NCBI RefSeq assembly: GCF_006345805.1 | Contig: NW_021832027.1 | Coordinates: 1-33,171, forward strand | Direction of reading: 5' to 3' | DNA length: 33,171 nucleotides | Source: Octopus sinensis | Taxonomy: Eukaryota | Shown: positions 1 through 10,871 of the stretch, piece after piece | How positions within the stretch are numbered: position 1 is the stretch's first letter | How the letters are laid out: each line of letters begins with the position of its first letter | The notes under the pieces: model-generated | The model's input: only the letters and a program-made list of their open reading frames with translations | Databases searched by the model: none | Told to the model about the DNA's origin: nothing | Program-made: the position numbers and the translations under genes

Positions 1-789
1 TCCGTTCGGGAGGTCGACGGATGCCCCAAAAATTGGCCCAGATGTAGTTTATATAGACTACGAAGAGAAATGGGTACGAAACAGTGTAACTAAGAGTGCC
101 ACAGTATCTACATTGCTAGAAATTAGAGTTAAAATACTCTTAGTATTGTTGGAAGAGTGCAGAGGCATATACACATACTGACAGACGAAGAAAGCGTCCC
201 AAGACCGACTCGAAAATTCCCAGACTAGACGTCTAATTTCGCCTATTCAGTAGGCATCGTTAGGGAGCACTGCTCGAACATGTTCAGCTAATTCTGCCTG
301 TCAGCATATATGTATCTACCTTAAAAACTTATGGATGATTTGGCAGAATATTTGTGCAAGCATACATGCATACAGACAGACAGACAGACATATCGCTTCG
401 AAAATCAAGGAGAAATAGAATAACTATAGACAGTTGCTTCGAAATCCGAAGCTTCTGTATCCCGCTTAAGAATTCCCATTTATGCCAATAATAATTGGTG
501 CACTTGGTTTTCTGAGTAAATGCCTAAGACAAACTGGGGCTCCATACAAGGAAGTCTGCCAGTTAAGTTTCACGTTCCAAATTCAATATCTAAGTGGAAC
601 AGCAAAAATATGCAAGCCTTTCGTCAAGTTCAAAATGTAACTTTCTTCTTCTTGTTTGCTTTCTATCGATGGAGCTTTGTATCTTTGTTTGAATCCAACT
701 TTATACAAAATTTATACAATTAAAAACAGAAGGGAACACACACACGCACACACACACACAGATATATATATATATATATATGAGTGCAT

Positions 790-968
790 GTGTCAACCCG
801 TGTTTAATTGTTTATGTCCTCATAACTTGGCAGGTCAGCAAAAGAAACCGATAAAATAATAAGTACCAGGCTTGAAGAGGAATAAGTAGTCGTGTCTATT
901 CTTCCATGCAGTGCCCCAGCATGGCCACAGACTAATGATTGAAGCCAATAAACGATAAAAGACAAAAG
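790..968 (+). mobile_element. SINE family B, 3' part
   Basis: CAGCAAAAGAAACCGATAAAATAATAAGTACCAGGCTT...GTGCCCCAGCATGGCCACAG matches the tail of the copies at 4744 and 8257. Confidence 0.7.
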
Positions 969-1369
969 ACTCCTGATTTTTCTTCCTGTTCCCACAATAT
1001 TTGCATTTCTATCTGCAAACTCTACCCTAAACATGTTCGGAAATTCTCCGCCCGCAAACATGTAGCTTAATTTTCAAGCGTTCTCGATATAATTCTATAC
1101 ATGTGTCAACTTGAAGTTAGGTAAAACTCTACATCAACCACATTCATTTCACCGCCCAGAAAGAAACTAAAAGGGTGCAGGGTACCCTTCTCCTCCCACT
1201 AATTAAACATTTCTAACATGTTTTAATGATTACTAACATCTTCTAACTAAATTACTAACAACTTCCGACTAAATTTTAATTTTACTGCACGCACGAACGA
1301 AAAAATAATGTATTCATAGATATATGTATGTGTTTGTGTGTACATAATACACACATACACATATCTGTA

Positions 1370-1396
1370 TGAATATATATATATATATATATATAA

Positions 1397-1435
<39 letters not shown>

Positions 1436-1448
1436 TATATATATATAT

Positions 1449-1505
<57 letters not shown>
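1370..1505. repeat. (TA)n microsatellite
   Basis: Direct reading. Confidence 0.95.
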
Positions 1506-1514
<9 letters not shown>

Positions 1515-1647
1515 TTATGCATATGTGTGTGTACATATATATAATTTACTTTTCCGCTAAGTTAGGATGAAAAGGGTACTCTATTCAGTGAGAGATAAAT
1601 ATCTCTTAATGTAAAATGTATACAAAGCTACTTATAGTTTCTTGTCA

Positions 1648-1733
1648 TAGAGACACGTGTTTCGGCAGATTTTTTGATACGCCTTGTGATTCCAAACAAC
1701 TTCAGGCTCTAGGAATCAGGGTGCTGCTTCACG
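1648..1733 (-). ncRNA. 5'-decayed hammerhead motif on the minus strand
   Basis: Minus strand reads ...cgTGA-A-GCAG...(TGATTCC/GGAATCA hairpin)...CTGC-C-GAA-ACACGTGT-C. Stem III is a perfect palindrome and the GUC triplet is intact, but the CUGA core and the 5' strand of stem I are lost. Confidence 0.35.
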
Positions 1734-1839
1734 AAAAAAGACCAGAAAAATCCAGAAGGGTTAATAAAAACAGAAAAGAAGGAAATATATAAATGTATAT
1801 ATATATATATATATATATATACACGCACACACACTCATA

Positions 1840-1902
<63 letters not shown>

Positions 1903-1948
1903 ACAATGATAAATATCAGTTGAGTTATCAACAGTAGCAGAAACACAT

Positions 1949-2362
1949 CATGATGTAAATATGCCATTTGAATATGGCTAACCCCTAAGGATGGATGCTA
2001 CTGTAGTTTTTAGCCCCAGGAAGACACCTCCTCCGGCTGGCTATAGACACACTTATATACTTTTTCCAGTGTTCAGTGACACTGATATTGAAAAGGTGAA
2101 AACAAACAATGAACACTGGAAAAACCTCCTTCCTATCGACAACTGTGATTGTCACACGCTGATGATAGGTCAATACCTTGAAACTCGGGTCCGTGTGTAT
2201 CATAAGTTGAAGACGGGAAGGATGGCGTTCCTTTGCAAATACTGATAGGGCACAGAAAGTGTGTCTATAGGCAGCTGGAGGAGATGTCTTCCTGGGGCTA
2301 AAAACTACAGTAGCATCCACCCTTAGGGGTTAGCCGTATTCAAATGGCATATTTACATCACG
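1949..2362 (+). mobile_element. Foldback element (106-bp inverted arms) containing a hammerhead ribozyme; probably a Penelope-like pseudo-LTR derivative, lying between (TA)n tracts
   Basis: 1949-2054 is the reverse complement of 2257-2362 with 6 mismatches in 106 nt. An inner inverted pair TTTTTCCAGTGTTCA (2061-2075) / TGAACACTGGAAAAA (2110-2124) is perfect. (TA)n tracts lie at ~1790-1901 and ~2363-2440. The Penelope link is inferred from the ribozyme type. Confidence 0.75.
2153..2197 (+). ncRNA. Minimal type I hammerhead ribozyme motif (predicted cleavage after C2191, GUC triplet)
   Basis: Stem I CACACG (2153-58)/CGTGTG (2192-97); core CTGATGA (2159-65); stem II AGGT-caat-ACCT (2167-78), closed by a non-canonical U.U; GAA (2180-82); stem III A-C-[TCGG]-G-T (2183-90); C17 at 2191. 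Confidence 0.75.
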
Positions 2363-2365
2363 ATA

Positions 2366-2436
<71 letters not shown>

Positions 2437-2685
2437 ATATATATATGTATATAGATATTTACATATGTAGTTGGGTATGTGTGAATGAGCATATGCACAG
2501 GCGCGTGTATATGAGTGAGTGGTATGTGTGTATGCAAGTGTATTCTTTATGATTGATGTATTCATGTTTTCTGTTTCAAGAGAATAGATATATTTTACGT
2601 AGATTTCAAGACTATATCTTGCACTTGACATCTCCCTGTTAACGTTCAACAGTTAACTCAGCAGGAACATTCTCGTCTAAATTAG

Positions 2686-2902
2686 TATCCGGACTCAAAT
2701 CACAGTAGATCGATAAATGCTATAGCAAAGAAGTCTTCCCGACAGGAAACAGGAGGTTATGAGTCTGGTGCATCGGATATTACTCGGAGGAAACTAAGGG
2801 TTCTGTGGCATGCTACTAATGAAAGAGGAAGATATAAGAAGTTTGAGAACAAGATATGTCAAGCCCATAATAAAATGACGGGATCTACAGTGGAGAAACA
2901 GG
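2686..2902 (+). other. Possible coding exon (72 open codons + 1 nt), unverified
   Basis: AG at 2684-85; open frame YPDSNHSRSINAIAKK...KMTGSTVEKQ; donor AGG|GTAAGT at 2903. The acceptor lacks a polypyrimidine tract and no homology was recognised. Confidence 0.2.
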
Positions 2903-3305
2903 GTAAGTTAACAAGCTCAATGCTCTTTGGACAAAGCGAGGCGACTGTTGTTATCGTTAGGCCTAACTCAACGTAAAGCAACTACCACCATGAGCGATAT
3001 ACAAACTGCAGGGGAAAAGACTAGCCAGTGGACTTGGTTAAAAAGAGACGATGAGCGATAGCTAGAAGAATATTGAGCTATTTTTGATAACCAGTTGATC
3101 TAGCAAGCGGGGACTCATGTCAGTGTGGTGAGGCCTGTACGCAATGATGCTGTCGAGATGTAGGCCTCGAAACAGCGCACATTCTCTCCTGATGACCCCA
3201 TACACTTGCTGGCTTCCGATAAACGGAGCTTTCGACTGGTAGCACTTACATGTGCAAATTCTTTGCAAACCGTGGCCTTGATTCACACACTAACCTTCTT
3301 TTAAC

Positions 3306-3812
3306 TTTTAATTGTTTCAGTCATTAAACTGCGGCCATTCTGGAGCATCACCTTGAATGATTTTGCTTGAACGAACAGACCCCGGTACTTATTTCAGACT
3401 GGCACGTATTCCCTCTGTTCTCTTTTGCCGAACCGCTAAGTTGCAGAGACGTAAACACACCACCAGCGGTTTTCAAGCGATGATAGGAAGGAGCTCAGAC
3501 ACAAACACACACACACAAGCAAATACACATACATACATACATACATACATACATACATACATACATACATACATACATACATACATACATACATACATGC
3601 ATACATATATGCATACATGTATATAGATATGTGTGTGTGCTTGTGTATGTGTGTGTGTTTAACAGGTTTCTTTCAGTTTCCGTTTACCAAATCTACTCAC
3701 AAGGCTTTCGTCGTCTTGAGGCTATAATAGAAAACATCTGTCCAAGGTACCACGGAGTGGAACTGAACCTAGGACCATGTAGTTAGGAAGCTATTTACCA
3801 CACTACCACACC
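3306..3812 (-). mobile_element. SINE family B, full length, with internal (CA)/(TACA) microsatellite
   Basis: Tail GCGGCCATTCTGGAGCATCACC at ~3320; head TCAGTTTCCGTTTACCAAATCTACTCACAAGGCT...ACTGAACCTAGGACCATGT...TTACCACAC at 3670-3812. Confidence 0.8.
3527..3600. repeat. (TACA)n microsatellite
   Basis: Direct reading. Confidence 0.95.
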
Positions 3813-4743
3813 TATTGAAAATACTTACTTTTCCTTTGTAACGCCCCACCCTGTACTTCGACGCTATCGTAAGAAAACTTCGCCACCACACGTACCTCGA
3901 TCTCGATAAATAAGTTTATTTACACACCTCCCTATCCTCCCCAAGAAATACCCTGCAACTCTTCCATAGAATATGATATTCTGCCTTCGTTATTCATAGT
4001 TGTTCCCAAATTACCAATTACTTCTCTTATGGTGACGCAGAGAATTAAGGTAGATTCAGAATCTAAATTTCCAGCATTCAGCACCTTCAAGTATCTTCGG
4101 TGATAGCGAAGAGGTAGAGGTGGAGGAGGTGATGTTGGTGGTGGCCATGGTGGCTGCTGCAGCGGAGGTTGTGGAATTGACGGCAGTGTGATGGTTGTGA
4201 TGGTTGTGGTGTTGGGTGGTTATTATATAATTAGATAACGGTATAAACTCATACTTCCTTCAACTCATTACATCGAGACCGGATGTGGCTTAGGGAAAGA
4301 TTCATTGCGTCGTCGTTTCTGACGCTTTATCTGCATCTGCTCCGTCGCCCCACAACTTTTAGATTTGGCAACTTACTTTAAAGAGTTCCATTTAATAAAT
4401 ATTATTAAAAGAGATCTGTAACAGATTAGTAGCAGACTTCTGTTAGGCAAATGTTGTAAGGTTTAAATGAAAAGCAGTCAGCGAATGTCAAACTTTGTTC
4501 GTTAACAAAGTCTGCAACTGTAAATTCTGAAATTTGTTTCAATTAAAATTATTACAACAGCTTTGGGACCGTTGATGCTGTGATTGTTCTTGCTTTTCTG
4601 GTGTTGTTGTTGCTGTTGCAGTTGTTATTGTTGTTGTTCTTCTTCTTCTTATTATTATTAGCTTTATGTCGGCCCTGAACGAGCACACCTATAATCGAAG
4701 ATAGTCTAACAAGCACCGACACACTTGATCTTCAGTATCAGTG

Positions 4744-5140
4744 AGCAAATCGGTGGCTGTGTGATAAGACGTTAGCTTCTCAACAGCATGGTTCCACGCT
4801 CAGTCCCAGTGTTTGGCACTCTGTGCACGTGTCTTCCACTATAGCATCGGTTCAGCCAAAGCCTTGTGAGTGGATTTGGTTTGACGGAAACTGAAGGACG
4901 CTTATATATATATGTGTGTGTGTGTCTTTGTGTCCGTGTTTATCCTCGACCGCTTGACAACCGTTGTTGGAGTGTTTACATTCCTGTAACTTAGCAGTTC
5001 GCCAAAAAAACCTTAGGATAAGCGCCAAGCTTAATATAAAATAAGTTTTGAGGTCGATTCAACTGACTAAACAAATCTTCCATTTGGTGCTCCAGCATGG
5101 CCGCAGCCTAGTGACTGAAAAAGGTTAATGAAGACAAAAA
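4744..5140 (+). mobile_element. SINE family B, full length
   Basis: A-box-like TGGCTGTGTGA; GCCTTGTGAGTGGATTTGGTTTGACGGAAACTGAA; tail GGTGCTCCAGCATGGCCGCAG. Confidence 0.8.
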
Positions 5141-5502
5141 ACAGAACGAATGTCATTTGTTAGTGATTTTTCTATTATTTCTAGGAAGTGAACTGCACAC
5201 ACAAAGACATTCCTTGTTATGTTGTGCCGCTGTCGGCAGTTCGCATTGCCTGCCACATAACGGCCGATAGTTGACCGGCAGTGACGACAGCTCCATACAT
5301 TGCTCCCGATGACAATTCTTAAGTGGATGGCAATGCGGCATAACAAACCCTTACTAAGCCTCCTGCCCCACATAAACGGTTCATAGGGCTCGCGGTGGTT
5401 CATAACATTCACATAATTGCCAAATACAGCTTCGCTTTCGCGTGTCACCATATCCAATCCTCATAGGTATTCATGTCGCTCCATAGCCTCGTGATATTAT
5501 AC

Positions 5503-5671
5503 AATCCTATCTACTATAAGCACAAGGCCTAAAACTTTGGGGAAGACGGTAAGTTGATCACATCGACCCCCAGTACGCAACTTGTACTTAATTTATCGAC
5601 ACCGAAAGGATGAAAGGCAAAGTCGACCTCGGCGGAATTTGAACTCAGAGCGTAACGGCAGACGAAATACC
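5503..5671 (-). mobile_element. tRNA-derived SINE family A, 5'-truncated copy
   Basis: Contains the family core ATCGAC.CCGAAAGGATGAAAGGCAAAGTCGACCTCGGCGGAATTTGAACTCAG (B box GTTCAAATTCC on the minus strand). Confidence 0.85.
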
Positions 5672-5900
5672 TATTTCTTTACTACTCACAAGGGGCTAAA
5701 CACAGAGAGGACCAACAAGGACAGACAAACGGATTAAGTCGATTATATCGACCCCAGTGCGTAACTGGTACTTAGTTTATCGACCCCGAAAGGATGAAAG
5801 GCAGAGTCGACCTCGGCGGAATTTGAACTCAGAACGTAACGGCAGACGAAATAACGCTAAGCATTTCGCCTGGCATGCTAACGTTTCTGCCAGCTTCCCC
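5672..5900 (-). mobile_element. tRNA-derived SINE family A, full head with an alternative tail
   Basis: Same core plus the head GCTGGCAGAAACGTTAGCATGCCAGGCGAAATGCTTAGCG (minus strand). Confidence 0.85.
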
Positions 5901-6389
5901 GTGATGTTATATAATAACCCTTCCAAACTTCCATAGTTTGCTTGTCGCCAAATAGCTTCTGTACAAAGTACGCATTCTGCTCTATAGGGACCACCATAAC
6001 TGCCACCTAATGATCACATATCACCACACAGTGGACATATAATTGGTTGATGCAACCAATTCGCCGCCTCGTATTTGCTGTAAGAGTACCACACAGCAGG
6101 ACTGAACTCGGAACCAAAATTCTTGCCACGTAGCCACGCCTTTTATAAATATTATTTATTTGGTTGAGAGACGAAGCAGAAATCTGACCTAAGTTATTTG
6201 GTTTATCGTATTATTCCCTTCTTCATCATTCTTACAAATGGTGAAGTTTCAACAATGGTGGCACAGCGAACAAAAATTATCATAATTGACTTATTACCAT
6301 GAATAACTTCACTCACTGCTCTGAACGTCATATCAAGATGATAAATCGATAGAGTCATGAAAGGAAATCAAAATGTTAGAATAAAGTAA

Positions 6390-6400
6390 AATATACATAC

Positions 6401-6458
<58 letters not shown>

Positions 6459-6648
6459 GTATATATATATATGTGTGTGTGTGTGTATACATATACACAT
6501 ATATATATATACATACAAATATATATATTTATATATATATAGATATATATATATATATAAAGAGAGAGAGAGAGAGAGGGGGAGATAGATATACATATAC
6601 GTATATATACATACACACACATACATATATATACGTGCATGTATATTT

Positions 6649-6680
<32 letters not shown>
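6390..6680. repeat. Compound (TACA)/(TA)/(TG)/(GA) microsatellite
   Basis: Direct reading. Confidence 0.95.
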
Positions 6681-7139
6681 AACCGAAAGCCTGGATCTGA
6701 TAATATTCTCGAACGCATAAAATTTATTTTTGAAAAAAACTGTATCGATAAATGAAGAGAGGGAAAGGAAAAGATGCGTAGCCTGACTGAATCACTAAAT
6801 AACTAAACAACTAAATAAATAAATATATATATATAAATAAATAAATAAATAAACCCGCGTTATCAAAATAAATATCGTATATACATTCCTGCTGTTAATA
6901 AACTGACTGCAAGATTTGTATTAGTTTATCCACTCACAATTCTCAGCTGGGTACACATAGATTGGCAGCGAATTGAAAAGAAAATATAATGGGATAAATT
7001 TGGCAAAAAAAAAGACAAAGAAAGAAGTCGGTATATTATATAGCAAACGAAACTATTGCATGCCAAATGATTGCCTGTGTGCCGTATATATTACCGCTAC
7101 TAAATGTGATGGCTAGAATTTTAAGAAGGTATGTATTAT

Positions 7140-7165
7140 CATTGTTAATGTTGTTGTTGTTGTAG

Positions 7166-7196
<31 letters not shown>

Positions 7197-7220
7197 AGTT
7201 GTTGTCGTTGTTGTTGTCGT
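7140..7220. repeat. (GTT)n microsatellite
   Basis: Direct reading. Confidence 0.95.
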
Positions 7221-7274
7221 CATGTGTATTGCTATGCATATGGTGTTTGTAGATGGTATGCCGTAGGAAGAACA

Positions 7275-7316
7275 CAATGCTGACGAAAGTTTCCGGTCCG
7301 AAACGTCAGGACGTTG
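7275..7316 (+). ncRNA. Degenerate type I hammerhead motif (probably inactive)
   Basis: Stem I CAATG/CGTTG; CTGACGA (7280-86); GAAAC (7300-04). GGA stands where GUH is required, and stem II pairs poorly. Confidence 0.35.
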
Positions 7317-7761
7317 AAATTTTCGTGGCGTAACTGTCGCAATACCTAATCTCTCTTATATTAGTTTAGTAAATTTAATCACTACAATGTCCACGTTGGC
7401 AGATCGGGTGGTGTGGAAGTCCTTGCCTAGAGCACCTCATTTCACATTGCATTGCCTCAGCCATTCAGTTCTATATGTGACAACCTGGCGTCCTGCTCAA
7501 TGGGAAGGCCGTGATCTTAGCCTGAGTTATGGAAACCGGGTGACCAGCATTATGACCCCTACGACTCGAAACAACTATATTTAGGAGATGAGGGCAACGA
7601 CCAGGATGATCACGACAATGCATATTTTGCGAGCATTGCGGATTAAAGATGGTTTACTCGGACTCGGGTATGTTTTTTATATTATGATTTTGTTTGTTAT
7701 TTGTAGACTACTGCGTTCTGAGTGGCTGTATTTAAACAATGTTCTTTCTTGCTTTACTTGC

Positions 7762-7908
7762 ATAAGTCATTGAACGGAGGTCATGCTGGAGTACCGCTTT
7801 ATATTTAGCCGAACAAGTTTTGTATTCACTCTATCGGTTTCTTTAGCCGAACAACTAACATGCGGAAACGTAAACAAGCGGGCACCGGTTGTCAAGCGTT
7901 GGGTGGAC
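7762..7908 (-). mobile_element. SINE family B, 3' part
   Basis: CATGCTGGAGTACCGC...CTATCGGTTTCTTTAGCCGAAC...CACCGGTTGTCAAGCG. Confidence 0.7.
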
Positions 7909-8256
7909 TAACATACATCCATCCATACATACATAAATACATGCATATGTGTATGTGTATATATATATATGTGTGTGTGTGTGTGTATGTATATATATAT
8001 ATGTGTGTGTATGTGTGTGTGTGTGTGTGAGTGTGTAGAACATACTCCATTGATTGCAGGATTCAAAAAAGTTACAATACTTATATCTATTGCGATATAT
8101 TTAATTCTATAGAATTCTCCACCTTTCTCAATCTCTTTCCCTTTCCTACTCTTTCTGTCTGTCTCTCTCTCTCTCTATCCCTCTAAATATATATATAAAG
8201 AGAAAGAGAGAGAGAGAGACAGACAGATATTTATATATATAAATTAATTAATAATA

Positions 8257-8650
8257 CGCGCAGGCGTGGCTGTATGGTAAGGAGCTTGCTTACCAACCAC
8301 ATGGTTCTGGGTTCGGTCCCACTGCGTGGCATCTTAGACAGTTGATTTCTACTATAGCCTCGAGCCAAGCAAGGCCTTTTGAGTGGATTTGATAGACGGA
8401 AACTGAAAGAAGCCCGTCATATATATACGTATATATTTGTTTCTTTGTGCTTGTGTCTGGGCCCCCTCCGCCATCGCTTCACAACAGATGCTGGTGTGTT
8501 TATATCCCCATATCGGCAAAAGAGACCGATAGTATGAGTAACAGGCTTCTAAAGAATAAGTCCAGGGGTCGATATCTTCGACTGAAAGGCGGTGCTCCAG
8601 CATGCCCCCAGTCAAAATGACTGAAGCAAATAGATGAATAAAAGAATAAA
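8257..8650 (+). mobile_element. SINE family B, full length
   Basis: A box TGGCTGTATGG, B box GGTTCGGTCCC, CORE-like GTGGCATCTTAGACAG...CTACTATAGCCTCG, tail GGCGGTGCTCCAGCATG. Confidence 0.85.
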
Positions 8651-8802
8651 GGAAGCAGCCATGCGCAATGAGTTACCATAACGAAAACGTAGAATTGTCT
8701 CTAAACGCAATTAAGGGCATCAAGACACCTACAGCTGCTAGAAAGAAGAGCTAAAGTGGTCTAATGCTGTAGCAAAAGCACAAAATAGTGTAGTACATAT
8801 AT

Positions 8803-8940
8803 TCTTCTTCTTCTTCTTCTTCTTCTCTTCTTCTTCTTCTTCTTCTTCTTCTTCTTCTTCTTTTTCTTCTTCTTCTTCTTCTTCTTCTTCTTCTTCTTCT
8901 TTTTCTTCTTCTTCTTCCTCTTCTTTTTCTTCCTCTTCTC
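8803..8940. repeat. (TTC)n microsatellite
   Basis: Direct reading. Confidence 0.95.
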
Positions 8941-8963
8941 TTCGTTATTGTTGTTGCTGTTTA

Positions 8964-9102
8964 GGCGGCGAGCTAGCAGAATCGTTAGCACACCAGACGT
9001 AATGTTTAGCGGTGTTTCGTTTGCCGCTACCTTCTGAGTTCCTATTCCACCTAGCTCAACTTTGCCTTTCATCTGTTCGGGGTCGGTAAATTAAGTACCA
9101 GG
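8964..9102 (+). mobile_element. SINE family A (5' part)
   Basis: GGCGGCGAGCTAGCAGAATCGTTAGCAC...CAACTTTGCCTTTCATCTGTTCGGGGTCGGTAAATTAAGTACCAG. Confidence 0.8.
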
Positions 9103-10072
9103 TATTGAACCCAATGCCCTAATGACAATAGGGATAACCTTTATGTTCGACTCTCACAGCTGCCACATTTTAGCGATCTCCGTTCTTAGGTCTCCATATT
9201 CATCATGATAATATGTTGATCTCCTGGCACTACTGCGTCGATTATTAGGCACTCTTGTTTGTCCCTTTTAAAGATTACTATATCTGGCCTTCGATGCTCT
9301 CATACCTTGTCTGTCTGGAAATCAAAGTCCCAGAGGATTTTTGTCTTCCCCCTTTCGTCCATTACTTTTTCTCCTGTATGTTGGTACCAAGTACCTGTAA
9401 CCTCATATCCATACTTACAACGTAGTAGCCAGTGAAGGTTTTGGGCTACCGTGTCATGACTACTTTTCTACTCTTTCTGCACAAGACTTTCACAAACACT
9501 AACCATGTGAATCAGGCTTTCGACCTTCTTCCTATACATTCTGCAGAGGTCTGATGCACTTGTGTGACATATGTTCTTTTTCACTGAGTTGGTATTCAAT
9601 GATTGGTCCTGGGCAGCGATGATTAAGCTTTCAGTATTCTTTCGTAGGTCACCCTTGTTGAGCATACTGTAGTAGGTCTTGTTTGCTGTTTACCAAATAT
9701 TCTGCCATGTTTTTTCTTACACTTTTGATGTACTCCCGTATGCTAATCATCCCACGTCCACTTTTACCTCTCTCCATGTAGAGTCTGTGTACATTTGCCT
9801 TAGGGTGGGAGGTACAATGCATTGTCATTGTCTTTCGGGTAGTGCGATCGAGTTGGTCAGTCTCTGCTTATGTCCATTTCAGGATGGGTGCACTAAAGCG
9901 GACTACAGCAACAACTCACATGTTGATGGCAGTCACAAGGTTCCTTGAGTTGAGTTTTGATTTCAAGCGAAGTTTAAGGCGCTTGAAATATGCAGTGGTG
10001 ACCTTGTCTTTCATTTCTTTGTGCAAGATATTGTCCAGCTCCGGGAGGCCAAGGTACTAGTACCCATCATCA
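9103..10072 (-). mobile_element. Decayed R4/Dong-like non-LTR retrotransposon fragment (end of RT, thumb, CCHC knuckle, REL endonuclease)
   Basis: Minus-strand translation: GY*YLGLPELDNILHKEMKDKV...KSKLNSRNLVTAIN...DQLDRTTRKTMTMH..HPKANVHRLY; TESLIIAAQDQSLNT...CRMYRKKVESLIHMVSVC; KILWDFDFQTDK..HRRPDIVIF...CLIIDAVVP...KVIPIVIRALGSIP. It contains stops and an internal deletion. Confidence 0.88.
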
Positions 10073-10101
10073 TCGTCGTCGTTGTTGCTGTTGTTATTAA
10101 G

Positions 10102-10298
10102 TTGGTGTGCTAACAAAATCGTTAGCACACTCGAGAAAATGCTTGGCGGCATTTCGTTTGTCTTTATGATCTGAATTCAAATTCTACCGAGGTCGACTTT
10201 GCATTTCAATTTTTGGGGAGTCGATAAAATAAATACTAGTTGTAATCGATTAACCTCCTCCACCAAAATTTGCTGGCCTTGGACCAAAATTTAAAACC
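10102..10298 (+). mobile_element. SINE family A
   Basis: AATCGTTAGCACAC...GAATTCAAATTCTACCGAGGTCGACTTTGCATTTCA. Confidence 0.8.
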
Positions 10299-10699
10299 AT
10301 TATTATTGTTGTTGTTTTTGCAGATTTTGCTATTATTATTATTGTCGTTGTTGTTGTTGTTATTTCCTCGATATGCATTTTGGTTTAACAGAACGCGTTC
10401 ATGAAAAGTTATTCGAGAACAAATAACGTTGTATGTACATTACGTATGATACATATATTGCTGCTTGAATTAAATGCTACATCAAATGCGTGGGCTATGT
10501 GTATGCATGTGTGTGCGTTAGTATCGAACAGTGAGAATGAGTGCTCAGCACTTCAATGGTGGGTAAATAGCCTCTATTTTTAGGTTAAAAAAAGATTTGC
10601 TAATGGTTTCATGTAGAGAGAACTCTCACAAAAATTATCAAACCAGCAATACGGGAACATCAGACATCGTCTCCGTCTTCGATGAAAATATACCTATAT

Positions 10700-10836
10700 A
10701 ATGTATGTATGTATGTATGTATGTATGTATGTATGTATGTATGTATGTATGTATGTATGTTTGTATGTATTCATGTATGTATGTATTCATGTATGTATGT
10801 ATGTATGTATGTATGTATGTATGTATGTATGTATGC

Positions 10837-10870
<34 letters not shown>
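10700..10870. repeat. (TATG)n then (TA)n microsatellite
   Basis: Direct reading. Confidence 0.95.

Positions 10871-10871
<1 letters not shown>

Noticed and set aside
804-1061. 85-aa minus-strand ORF
   Set aside because: Half of it is the antisense of a family B SINE tail.
3160-3240. CGAAAC and CTGATGA close together (permuted hammerhead)
   Set aside because: No NUH triplet or compatible stems in a type II or type III arrangement.
5125-5457. 110-aa minus-strand ORF with VCAVHF (THAP-like)
   Set aside because: The N-terminal C2 and the conserved P/W positions of a THAP domain are not in register, and the ORF ends in a SINE tail.
7507-7566. HDV-like ribozyme (GGCCGTG pairing with TACGACT)
   Set aside because: P1 has a mismatch, and no canonical P3/L3/P1.1 could be built.
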